DNA of 32,000 nt. Origin: Synechococcus elongatus PCC 6301. GTDB taxonomy: Bacteria > Cyanobacteriota > Cyanobacteriia > Synechococcales > Synechococcaceae. The notes beneath the pieces are model-generated. The model was not told where the DNA came from and did no database searches. It saw nothing but the letters and a program-made list of their open reading frames with translations. Both the position numbers and the translations under genes were made by a program. The stretch is from positions 1,320,001 to 1,352,000 of the forward strand of contig NC_006576.1 in NCBI RefSeq assembly GCF_000010065.1. The letters run 5' to 3'. Shown in pieces: positions 1 to 8,279 of this stretch. The stretch's first letter is position 1; every line of letters begins with the position of its first letter.

Positions 1-874
1 GATCATCGATCGCCGCTGGGTTGTCACCGGCTCTGCCAACTGGACAGCCAGCGATTTCTTTGGCGATCCGGGCCGACCTGCCAGTCGTGGCAATGCCAAT
101 CATCTGCTCTGGTTCCGCAGCCCAGCGCTCGCAGCGATTTTCCAAGAAGAATTCAACCTGATGTGGGGCGATGGCCCCAGTAAATTGCCGGATAGCCGCT
201 TTGGCCTTGGTAAGCCCTTGCGATCGCCTAAATCGGTCCGTATTGGCAACACGCGCCTGCTGGTTCAGTTTTCGCCCACTAGTCCCCGGCTACCGTGGCA
301 GGAAAGCACCAACGGCACAATCGCCCGTTACCTCACCCAAGCCCAGAAGCAGATCGATCTAGCACTGTTTGTCTTTTCGGAACAAGCGATCGCCGATGTT
401 TTAGAAGCGCGATCGCAGCAAGGTACTCAAGTGCGACTGTTAATTGACCCTGGCTTTGCCTATCGTCCCTACAGCGAACTGCTAGATATGGTCGGCCTAG
501 CGCTTCCCGATCGCGACTGCCGGGTTGAGTCAAACAATCGCCCTTGGAGTAGTCCCCTCACAACAGCAGGAGCGCCACGACTGACGCCCGGCGACACGCT
601 CCACCACAAATTTGCCGTGATTGATCGCCAGCGCGTCCTGACCGGATCTCACAACTGGAGTGCCGCAGCCAACCTCAGAAATGACGAAACATTTTTAGTG
701 ATCGAGGACTCTAGTTTGGCCGATCGCTTTCGGGCAGAATTTGAGCGACTCTACGCTGATGCCTTCTTAGGTATTCCGCCAGCCCTGCAGCGCCGCGTCA
801 ATGAGGCGAAGCGACGCTGCGGTAGCCGAATCACTCCGAACAGCAATCAGGACTTAACCGAAACTGAGGATTGA
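1..874 (+). CDS. Phospholipase D-family (HKD) protein, 5' end outside window
   Basis: The frame beginning at nt 2 is open from the window edge to the stop at 872-874. A truncated first HKD-type copy (IIDRRWVVTGSANW) sits at the very start. A complete HxKx4Dx6GSxN motif (HHKFAVIDRQRVLTGSHNWSAAAN) lies at about nt 600-675. Confidence 0.8.
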   Translation, partial: IIDRRWVVTGSANWTASDFFGDPGRPASRGNANHLLWFRSPALAAIFQEEFNLMWGDGPSKLPDSRFGLGKPLRSPKSVRIGNTRLLVQFSPTSPRLPWQESTNGTIARYLTQAQKQIDLALFVFSEQAIADVLEARSQQGTQVRLLIDPGFAYRPYSELLDMVGLALPDRDCRVESNNRPWSSPLTTAGAPRLTPGDTLHHKFAVIDRQRVLTGSHNWSAAANLRNDETFLVIEDSSLADRFRAEFERLYADAFLGIPPALQRRVNEAKRRCGSRITPNSNQDLTETED

Positions 875-891
875 GCCTTGGAGTCGAGGGA

Positions 892-1254
892 TTAGAACAG
901 ATCGCTGTCTGGATCGCGGGGAGCCATGCCGCCCTCTTGATCTCGGCGCGAGCCCAGCAGCTCAAGACGATTGGCCCGGACGACGGGTGTGGTGCGCTGA
1001 TTGTTGTTGCGATCAGTCCAGCTCTCAATCTTGAGAGCACCACTGATGCCGATCAGACTGCCTTTCTTGACATAGTCGATCGCAACCTGGGCTTCGCGGC
1101 CCCACATCTCAACGTTGAACCAATCAGGCTCATCATTGCGGCTGCGGCGATTGACCGCCAGGGAAAACTTACAAACGACCGAACCCGACTCAAAGTAACG
1201 AGCTTCGGGGTCACGACCGACGCGCCCCACCAAGTTGACAACATTTAAGCTCAT
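892..1254 (-). CDS. ssb: Single-stranded DNA-binding protein
   Basis: Conserved SSB N-terminus MSLNVVNLVGRVGRDPEARYF, an OB-fold-like core, and a flexible tail ending in the acidic tip DSDLF. I prefer the ATG at 1254 over the upstream ATG at 1290 because SSBs start at this motif. Confidence 0.9.
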   Translation of the reverse strand: MSLNVVNLVGRVGRDPEARYFESGSVVCKFSLAVNRRSRNDEPDWFNVEMWGREAQVAIDYVKKGSLIGISGALKIESWTDRNNNQRTTPVVRANRLELLGSRRDQEGGMAPRDPDSDLF

Positions 1255-1330
1255 CGTGCAGTCAAACCCCTGCGCATTGCTCAGTCCCATTTTGGCAGTT
1301 GTCGGCCAACCCGCCGAGCGAATCGCTGCC

Positions 1331-1359
1331 TAGACTGAGTTAGCAGGAGGCGCTAGAAT
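1331..1359 (+). promoter_or_regulatory. Candidate sigma70-type promoter for mreB (TAGACT-N17-TAGAAT)
   Basis: Read by eye: a -35-like TAGACT at 1331-1336, a 17-nt spacer, then a -10 TAGAAT at 1354-1359, about 90 nt upstream of the mreB GTG. There is no experimental anchor. Confidence 0.3.
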
Positions 1360-1446
1360 CCTCTGGCGTTGCAGGCCACTCCACTGCGTTTCTGGCTTGC
1401 TACTCAGCTTAATTACCGCAGCCACGTCATCAAGGCGGATTTATCA

Positions 1447-2484
1447 GTGAGTATTCTTCGGCGCTTCTCCCTCTCCCGCGACATGGGTATTGACCTAGGG
1501 ACGGCCAACACACTGGTCTATGTCTCCGGTAAAGGCATTGTTTTACAAGAGCCGTCGGTTGTCGCGATCGACCAAAACCTCAAAAAACCCCTAGCGGTCG
1601 GCTCTGAGGCCAAGTTGATGCTAGGTCGCACCCCCGGTAGTGTCGCAGCTCTGCGCCCACTGCGGGATGGTGTCATCGCTGACTTTGATGCCGCTGAGTT
1701 GATGCTCAAGCATTTCATCCGCCAAGTCCAAGAAGGGCGATCGGGCGTAGCTCGGGTCGTAATCGGCATTCCCAGCGGTGTCACGGGTGTGGAACGTCGC
1801 GCAGTGATGGAAGCGGCTACCCAAGCAGGCGCCCGAGAGGTCTATCTAATCGATGAACCGGTGGCTGCTGCGATCGGGGCAGGATTGCCGGTAGCTGAGC
1901 CGACAGGGACGATGATCGTCGATATCGGCGGCGGCACCACGGAAGTTGCCGTGATGAGCTTGCAAGGCATTGTCCTCAGCGACTCGGTGCGCGTGGCGGG
2001 CGATGAGCTGAGTGAGGCGATCGCGCAGTACCTCAAGAAAGTCCACAACCTCGTGATTGGGGAGCGGACCTCTGAGGAAATTAAAATCATGGTCGGGTCG
2101 GCCTTCCCCGACAACGAATTTGATGAGACAACCATGGAAGTCCGAGGCTTGCACTTGCTGTCTGGCCTACCTCGGACCGTCACGATCAAAGCAGCGGAAG
2201 TGCGCGAAAGCATGGCGGAGCCACTGAATGTGATTGTGGAAGCCGTCAAACGCACCCTCGAAAAAACACCGCCGGAGCTGGCTGCTGATATCGTCGATCG
2301 CGGCATTGTCCTCGCCGGTGGGGGTGCTTTGGTGCGGGGGCTCGATGAACTGATCAGCCATGAAACCGGCATCATCACCCACATTGCCCCCGACCCCCTG
2401 AGCTGTGTAGTGCTGGGCACGGGTCGCGTGCTCGAGAACTTCAAGAGTCTTGAGCGGGTGTTTAGTGCCAGCTCCCGCGCCTAG
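1447..2484 (+). CDS. mreB: Rod-shape-determining actin homologue MreB
   Basis: Actin-fold ATPase motifs GIDLGTANT, DIGGGTTE and VLAGGGALVRGLD are present. I chose the GTG at 1447 because it gives the typical N-terminus (V)SILRRFSLSRDMGIDLGT. The ORF-track start at 1369 is a TTG further upstream. Confidence 0.93.
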   Translation: MSILRRFSLSRDMGIDLGTANTLVYVSGKGIVLQEPSVVAIDQNLKKPLAVGSEAKLMLGRTPGSVAALRPLRDGVIADFDAAELMLKHFIRQVQEGRSGVARVVIGIPSGVTGVERRAVMEAATQAGAREVYLIDEPVAAAIGAGLPVAEPTGTMIVDIGGGTTEVAVMSLQGIVLSDSVRVAGDELSEAIAQYLKKVHNLVIGERTSEEIKIMVGSAFPDNEFDETTMEVRGLHLLSGLPRTVTIKAAEVRESMAEPLNVIVEAVKRTLEKTPPELAADIVDRGIVLAGGGALVRGLDELISHETGIITHIAPDPLSCVVLGTGRVLENFKSLERVFSASSRA

Positions 2485-2508
2485 AGCGGTGCGGAGCAGC
2501 AGAACACG

Positions 2509-3258
2509 ATGGCGGATGTGCTGCGTTGGTTCAATCGTTTCGGGCTCCGAGTTGCGATCGCTGGTGGGTTGATCGGGGCTGCATGGATTTTGCGGCAAAC
2601 CCAAGGGTCACTCTTGGTCGAAGTCTACGCCTTGCTCACCCATCCCTTTTATCCTGGCCCCACTCAGCAAGAGTGGGTCAAGACGGCTACCGTTGCGGGT
2701 CTTGAGCAAGCGCTCTTGGAGGCAGAAGCGGAGAACCGTGTGCTCCGCCAGCAGCTAGCCCTGAAGCCGAAGCAACCAGCCGGCGCGATTTTGGCACCAA
2801 TCATCGGTCGCAGCGTCGATAGCTGGTGGCAGCAGGTCACGCTCGGGCGCGGTAGTCGGGATGGCGTCCAAGTAGGCGACAGCGTCAGCGGTCCTGGCGG
2901 TCTGGTGGGGCGCATTGTCAGCGTCTCCCTCAACACCAGCCGCGTATTGTTAATCACAGACCCCAGCAGCGGTGTGGGCGTGATGATTAGCCGATCGCGC
3001 AGTCAGGGCTATATTCGCGGCCAAGGGACCAATCAGGTCACCGTGCGTTTCTTCGATCGCGATCCGGTGGTTCGCCCCGGCGATGTCGCTGTCACTTCTA
3101 GCGCTAGTACACTCTTTCCTGCTGGCTTACCTGTGGGTGTCGTTCAAAAAATCGATCTACAGGCCACTCCTGCCCCAGAAGCAATCCTGCAGCTGTCAGC
3201 GCCGATTGGGCAGCTGGAATGGCTGACAATTCAGCGATCGGTGCCCAGCAGACCATGA
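2509..3258 (+). CDS. mreC: Rod-shape-determining protein MreC
   Basis: It has an N-terminal membrane anchor, a coiled-coil-like EAEAENRVLRQQL stretch, and an MreC-type beta domain (GLVGRIVSVS...VLLITD). It sits between mreB and mreD. Confidence 0.88.
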   Translation: MADVLRWFNRFGLRVAIAGGLIGAAWILRQTQGSLLVEVYALLTHPFYPGPTQQEWVKTATVAGLEQALLEAEAENRVLRQQLALKPKQPAGAILAPIIGRSVDSWWQQVTLGRGSRDGVQVGDSVSGPGGLVGRIVSVSLNTSRVLLITDPSSGVGVMISRSRSQGYIRGQGTNQVTVRFFDRDPVVRPGDVAVTSSASTLFPAGLPVGVVQKIDLQATPAPEAILQLSAPIGQLEWLTIQRSVPSRP

Positions 3259-3902
3259 GTTTCAGTGCCGAGGAGCTGCGATCGCCCTGGTTAGCCACAG
3301 GTTTATCAGCTCTTGGGCTAACCCTCTTAATGTTGTTCCGCTTGCCAGGCTTAGAGCTAGCTGGAGTCGCGCCCCACTGGGTTCTGCTCTGGTTAATCAC
3401 CTGGGCGCCAGGCCATGCAGTTTGGCAGGGTATTATCGCTGGCATCACCTTGGGGTTCCTGCTCGATGCCCTAAGCACCCCCTACCCTACCCATGCGCTG
3501 GGGCTCGCGATCGCAGGTTGGATTCTCACCGCTGGCTATCGCCGCCGTTGGTTTAGCTTGGAACCAATTGCGCTGATCAGCCTCTGCTTTGGGCTAGCGA
3601 TTCTGCTTGAAGCCACCACCGCGCTCCAGTTTTTGATCCATTTCCGCGATGGCAATAATTGGGCACCAGAAGCGGGTAACACCGCTCAGCGGATCATCGC
3701 CGACCTCAATCGTCCTCTGCTGCCCGATCAAGCCGCAGGCATCAACCCTCGTTTTGTGGCACAACCGCTCTACTTCCTGCGGGGAATCGTCTGGGATTTT
3801 GCCCACATTGGCCTGGCCTCAGCAGTCATCACTAGCTTGTGCTTGCCACTCGTTTTCATTCCTCTGCGATCGTTCTGGCAACCGAAATGCGATCGTCTGT
3901 AA
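3255..3902 (+). CDS. mreD: Rod-shape-determining protein MreD (polytopic membrane protein)
   Basis: Several hydrophobic helices. The ATG at 3255 overlaps the mreC stop as ATGA. The position is that of the third gene of an mreBCD cluster. At 215 aa it is longer than typical MreD. Confidence 0.75.
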   Translation: MSFSAEELRSPWLATGLSALGLTLLMLFRLPGLELAGVAPHWVLLWLITWAPGHAVWQGIIAGITLGFLLDALSTPYPTHALGLAIAGWILTAGYRRRWFSLEPIALISLCFGLAILLEATTALQFLIHFRDGNNWAPEAGNTAQRIIADLNRPLLPDQAAGINPRFVAQPLYFLRGIVWDFAHIGLASAVITSLCLPLVFIPLRSFWQPKCDRL

Positions 3903-3955
3903 GGTACGACAGCTAGCTAACCACTGCCCATGTTGCTGAGGCATGCAGGATGGAT

Positions 3956-4004
3956 AGACCTCATTCCGTCAGCACCTTTGTCTGTGGGGTGATGGTCTGT
4001 TTTT
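3956..4004 (+). terminator. Possible weak intrinsic terminator after mreD
   Basis: An imperfect hairpin pairs CAGCACC (3970-3976) with GGTGATG (3988-3994), with one mismatch. Outer AGAC/GTCT pairs extend it, and a T5 run follows at 4000-4004. Confidence 0.3.
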
Positions 4005-4112
4005 CTAGCCAGGAAGTTGACGAGCCTGACACAATTTCCCTGAGTCGGTGCGGTGACGCCAACAGATTAGTTTGAGTGGGTACTTGCTTGAGCGCTGGAG
4101 CCACAGGACAAG

Positions 4113-4145
4113 CAACAAAAAACGGGAGCCAGTGCGACTCCCGTT
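4113..4145 (-). terminator. Rho-independent terminator of ftsH
   Basis: On the minus strand the sequence reads ACGGGAG-tcgcactgg-CTCCCGT followed by TTTTTGTTG. It starts about 25 nt after the ftsH stop codon. Confidence 0.8.
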
Positions 4146-4168
4146 AGTGCTGTCAATCAAGCTGAGGT

Positions 4169-6010
4169 TTAGGCGATCGCGGCCATCCGCACTTCATTGT
4201 TGTTGAGCAGATCTTGCAGTTCTTCCGCATCAACGGTTTCTTTCTCAACCAGCATTTTGGCAAGTTGATCAAGAATCGAGCGGTTTTCAATCAACACTTT
4301 CTTGGCGCGATCATAGGCAACATCCACCAGCTGACGCACTTCGTCGTCAATCGTGGCGGCAGTCTCTTCCGAGAAGTCACGCTCGGCAGCAATGTCGCGA
4401 CCGAGGAACATGTTGCCTTGCTGGCGACCGAGGGCCACAGGGCCAAGGCGATCGCTCATCCCGAAGCGGGTCACCATCTGACGAGCCACGCGGGCGACTT
4501 GCTGCAAGTCGTTAGAAGCGCCAGTCGTCACTTCTTCCTCACCGAAGACAATTTCTTCCGCCAGACGACCGCCAAGGGCAACCGCCATTTGGTTTTGCAG
4601 GTAGGTACGGGAGTAGAGGCCCGACTCCATCCGCTCTTCGCTGGGGGTGAACCAGGTCAGGCCACCCGCACGGCCGCGGGGAATAATGCTGATTTTTTGG
4701 ACGGGGTCGTAGTCAGGCATCAAGGCACCGACCAAGGCGTGACCAGCTTCGTGGTAAGCCACCAAGACTTTGCGTTTTTCGCTCATGACGCGGTCTTTCT
4801 TCTCAGGACCCGCCAAGACGCGATCGATCGCATCGTTGACTTCATCCATCGAGATTTCTGCCAAGCTGCGGCGAGCAGCCAGAATCGCGGCTTCGTTCAG
4901 CAGGTTGGACAGATCCGCACCGGTAAAGCCAGGCGTCCGGCGGGCGATTTTGTCGAGGTCGATATCTTTGCTGAGGCTCTTGCCACGAGCGTGAACGCGC
5001 AGGATTTCCAGACGACCGTTGTAGTCGGGGCGATCGACCACCACTTGGCGATCGAAACGACCGGGACGCATCAAGGCCGCATCCAAGACATCAGGACGGT
5101 TGGTCGCCGCAACGATGATGATGCCGCTGTTGCCCTCAAAGCCATCCATTTCGGTCAGCAACTGGTTGAGGGTTTGCTCACGCTCGTCGTTACCACCGCC
5201 GAGGCCAGCACCGCGCTGACGACCAACGGCGTCGATCTCATCGATGAAGACGATGCAAGGCGCACTGGCTTTGGCTTGCTCGAACAGGTCGCGGACGCGG
5301 CTAGCGCCGACCCCGACGAACATTTCCACAAACTCGGAGCCAGAGATGCTGAAGAAGGGAACGCCTGCTTCGCCAGCCACGGCTTTCGCCAACAGGGTTT
5401 TACCGGTACCGGGAGGACCCACTAGCAGCACGCCTTTGGGAATTTGTGCACCGACGGCGGTGAAGCGATCGGCGTTTTTGAGGAAGTCGACGACTTCGGT
5501 CAGTTCCAGTTTGGCCTGATCAATCCCCGCCACATCGTTAAAGGTGACTTGGGTTTGCGGCTCCATTTGGACGCGAGCTTTGCTCTTGCCGAAGTTCATT
5601 GCCTGGTTGCCAGGGCCACCTTGGGCACGGCGCAGGATGAAGAACAGACCCACGAGCAAGAGGATCGGGAAGAAGAGGCTGCTCAGAGCCCGCAGCCAAA
5701 CGCTGTCTTGGTTCTGAGGACGGACGGAGATATCGACGTTGTTATCGGTCAGGATTTTCAGCAGTTGCGGGTCGTTGGGCAGATTGACCTGCACTTTGTC
5801 GCCGTCTTCGGCTTGAACCAGTGCCGAGCTGCGATCGGGACTGAGGATAACCTTAGCGACTTGCTTGTTTTCCACGCGCTGGACAAACTCGCTATAGCGC
5901 CAGGTCGCCACGGTTTCCGTGCCGCGCTGATCCAGTAAAGCGGTCCCCAAAGCGATCACCACGATCGCGAGTAGTGCGTAGAGGCCGGCGTTTTTCCATC
6001 GTTTCTTCAC
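4169..6010 (-). CDS. ftsH: ATP-dependent zinc metalloprotease FtsH
   Basis: Two N-terminal TM helices, Walker A GPPGTGKT, Walker [32 protein letters not shown], and zinc site HEAGH. I chose the GTG at 6010, which lies 10 nt after AAGGAGG. The ORF also extends to a TTG at 6019 that abuts the SD sequence. Confidence 0.95.
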   Translation of the reverse strand: MKKRWKNAGLYALLAIVVIALGTALLDQRGTETVATWRYSEFVQRVENKQVAKVILSPDRSSALVQAEDGDKVQVNLPNDPQLLKILTDNNVDISVRPQNQDSVWLRALSSLFFPILLLVGLFFILRRAQGGPGNQAMNFGKSKARVQMEPQTQVTFNDVAGIDQAKLELTEVVDFLKNADRFTAVGAQIPKGVLLVGPPGTGKTLLAKAVAGEAGVPFFSISGSEFVEMFVGVGASRVRDLFEQAKASAPCIVFIDEIDAVGRQRGAGLGGGNDEREQTLNQLLTEMDGFEGNSGIIIVAATNRPDVLDAALMRPGRFDRQVVVDRPDYNGRLEILRVHARGKSLSKDIDLDKIARRTPGFTGADLSNLLNEAAILAARRSLAEISMDEVNDAIDRVLAGPEKKDRVMSEKRKVLVAYHEAGHALVGALMPDYDPVQKISIIPRGRAGGLTWFTPSEERMESGLYSRTYLQNQMAVALGGRLAEEIVFGEEEVTTGASNDLQQVARVARQMVTRFGMSDRLGPVALGRQQGNMFLGRDIAAERDFSEETAATIDDEVRQLVDVAYDRAKKVLIENRSILDQLAKMLVEKETVDAEELQDLLNNNEVRMAAIA

Positions 6011-6116
6011 AGGGGCCAATCCTCCTTGGATCGTCTCGGCGGATGTAAAGGGACTAACTCGTCAGTGTAACGAGGGGAAGTGTTAATTAATATTAACCAC
6101 TTTCAGAAAAGTCGGA

Positions 6117-8132
6117 TCAGCTTTGTTGCCATGCGATCGCCAAAGTGGCCCAAAGCGATAGGGGTAGCAGCGGATCGCCACTGGTCGTCAGGCCCTCATC
6201 TGCGCTTGCAGCCTGCAGATCTGCGACCAATGCTTCCAGCACCTGACTGGGATTCGCCAAGGGTTGGAGGAGTCCCCCAGTTGGGGACTGTTGAGCCGCG
6301 ATCGCCTGACGACACTGCTGGAGTGGCGCAGCGCTGGCGATCGCCCAGACAACACCACTGGTAAGCCCCGGAAGCGGCAGTTCGCTCGTCAGGGTTCGCT
6401 CTTGACCAGCTCCCAGTTCGATCGCGGGCAGGAGCGGCAGAGGTTCCGCTTCTGCTTCGCCCTCGTCTGAGACCAGCGGAGTGCCTGTCCAGCCCCAGAC
6501 CCACCAGCGGCCTTGGCGATCCTCCAGCAGCAGCAGTAATTCGGCGGCCCGATCGCTGTAGCTGCGGAGAGCCCAAGTTTGGGTGGTAGTTACGACCGGA
6601 GCGATCGCAACTTCTGAGCCCGGATCAGGGAGCGGCACAGCTGCAGTCTGACGCTGTGCCAGTTGTTTCTTGCGATCGCCCGATCGCCAAGTCCAGCTCA
6701 CAGGGAAACTTTCGGGACCGTCATTGAGCAGCTGGCTGAGTCGCTGCCGCGCCTGCCACAGGGGTAATTGCTGTTTGAGGGCATGACCGAGATCTTTGAG
6801 GGTCTTGCCCATGCACTGCAGACGATCGCGCCGTTGCGCATCCACCAAACGATAGCCATCGCGATCGCTGTGAAGAAGGAGTCCCTGACAAGTCGTTTCG
6901 AGAGCAGAAGCTGTTGTCACCGTCGGCAAGGTCGATAGAGCACTGGCCAAATCGACCCGTTCAATTCGCTCAATTTCTGGGGAACAGCCAAGGACGAGCG
7001 CAGGCGCTGCGGGCAAATGACGCACCGCCTCCTGCAAAACCATTCCCGACTCCAACCTCAGCCCCGATCGCAGCGATCGCAAACTAATCTGGCGACCACG
7101 CTGATCCGTCACCGCTAGCAAGGCTCCTTGAGGACTGCGGAGCTGGCTGCCAAGGGCCTCGGAGGCTTGCAAGCGTCGAGCCAGACTGATGGCTTGCAGC
7201 GGTTCACCACTACCGCGTAGTTCTGCCACACCCGCTGCCGCTCGACTCAGTTCGCTATGGCCTTTCCAGACCCCGAGCCGCGCGATCGCCTGACCTCGGT
7301 CTACGGCGATCGCATTAGCGAGTCGCTGACTGAGCTGTTGCTGGTCAGTCGTGGGTCGGCTCCAAGCCTGCTCCAACAACTGCTGGGTCAACAGCCCTCT
7401 CGGTCCAGTACGACTGGGAATTTCTGGACTGGCGGCCTGTCCGTTGGCCAACAGCACAGGTAAGGGCCAACCCGTTGGCGCTGAACGACTCCACTGATTG
7501 ACGCGCCGCCGCAGTTGCTCTTGCACCAGCTTTGCTTCCGGTGATAACTGCTCGGCAGTCGCAGTCGGCAAGCCTCGCATGAAAAAGCGATCGCTAGGGC
7601 GATCGGGTGGGCCAAAGCCAGCATCAAGACTGACCCAACCGCGTGTTGTCGTCAAACTTTGCAGCAGTAATTGCAGGGTCTGCAAACTCAAATCATTCAG
7701 CTCAGGCGCGCTCTCAGACCGACTGTCATGGACCACCAGACTCAACTCGGCGCGATCGCGACCTACTGGCTGCCAGTGCCGACCATGACTGCTGATGTGC
7801 AGGAAGACAATATCTTCAGCACCAGCCTGCCCTAAGTGATCCAAAATGGCAGACTCAATACCGTGGCGCGTTGCTTGCTCTTGGGTCAGGATCAGAATGT
7901 CATTAGGTGCAAATTGAAAGCCCTCAACGAGGAGTGCCGCTAGCTGCTGGACATCCTGCACTGCACCGTACAGCGGCGGAATGCTATCCGATTGAAATTG
8001 ATTGATGCCAACCAATAACGCCAAACGACGTTGAGCGGGCGCTGCTAGCAGCGGGAGTGGCTGCCCCAGAATCTGACCGCCCAGCCACAACAGACCACCC
8101 GCTTTTAATAGCTGTCGCCGCGTCCATGCCAT
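6117..8132 (-). CDS. Tat-signal caspase-fold (peptidase C14-like) protein lacking the catalytic Cys; long C-terminal region with a DUF4384-like tail
   Basis: N-terminus MAWTRRQLLKAGG...LLAAPAQ carries a twin-arginine motif. The caspase p20-like motifs ALLVGINQF and FLHISSHG are present. The expected D-x-C-H-S-G position reads SLDAGFG. An alternative ATG lies at 8156. Confidence 0.8.
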   Translation of the reverse strand: MAWTRRQLLKAGGLLWLGGQILGQPLPLLAAPAQRRLALLVGINQFQSDSIPPLYGAVQDVQQLAALLVEGFQFAPNDILILTQEQATRHGIESAILDHLGQAGAEDIVFLHISSHGRHWQPVGRDRAELSLVVHDSRSESAPELNDLSLQTLQLLLQSLTTTRGWVSLDAGFGPPDRPSDRFFMRGLPTATAEQLSPEAKLVQEQLRRRVNQWSRSAPTGWPLPVLLANGQAASPEIPSRTGPRGLLTQQLLEQAWSRPTTDQQQLSQRLANAIAVDRGQAIARLGVWKGHSELSRAAAGVAELRGSGEPLQAISLARRLQASEALGSQLRSPQGALLAVTDQRGRQISLRSLRSGLRLESGMVLQEAVRHLPAAPALVLGCSPEIERIERVDLASALSTLPTVTTASALETTCQGLLLHSDRDGYRLVDAQRRDRLQCMGKTLKDLGHALKQQLPLWQARQRLSQLLNDGPESFPVSWTWRSGDRKKQLAQRQTAAVPLPDPGSEVAIAPVVTTTQTWALRSYSDRAAELLLLLEDRQGRWWVWGWTGTPLVSDEGEAEAEPLPLLPAIELGAGQERTLTSELPLPGLTSGVVWAIASAAPLQQCRQAIAAQQSPTGGLLQPLANPSQVLEALVADLQAASADEGLTTSGDPLLPLSLWATLAIAWQQS

Positions 8133-8279
8133 TCTCTGCCCCCAGCCCTCAACCATCCTAGACCGGCAAGTTGAGTGTTTTCGCGGATTAGATTGTGTCG
8201 GTTTCCTCGCCTGAGGGTTGCGATCGGGGCATTTCGACTTCCAACCGAACCCTCAGAGAAGGGGACTGAACCCTGAGGG

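Noticed and set aside
3903-4168. A small gene or sRNA in the 266-nt convergent spacer between mreD and ftsH (e.g. the 40-codon ORF starting with ATG at 3951)
   Set aside because: The ORF has no SD, no hydrophobic or conserved character, and an unremarkable composition. Apart from the two terminator-like hairpins I saw no structured-RNA signature. About 100 nt (4005-4112) stay unexplained.
4214-5425. A 403-aa plus-strand ORF, plus smaller ones at 4770-4994, 5244-5519 and 5444-5938, antisense to ftsH
   Set aside because: These lie opposite a gene with unmistakable AAA+/zinc-protease motifs. The translations are low-complexity (rich in R, A, G, V), with no motif and no plausible SD. This is the typical mirror-frame artefact of GC-rich coding DNA.
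6040-6075. An HLR1-like (RpaB) site upstream of ftsH: GTTACACT and TTTACATC on the minus strand
   Set aside because: The two TTACA-type half-sites are 14 nt apart. The HLR1 consensus, as I recall it, has a 2-nt spacing. This does not fit.
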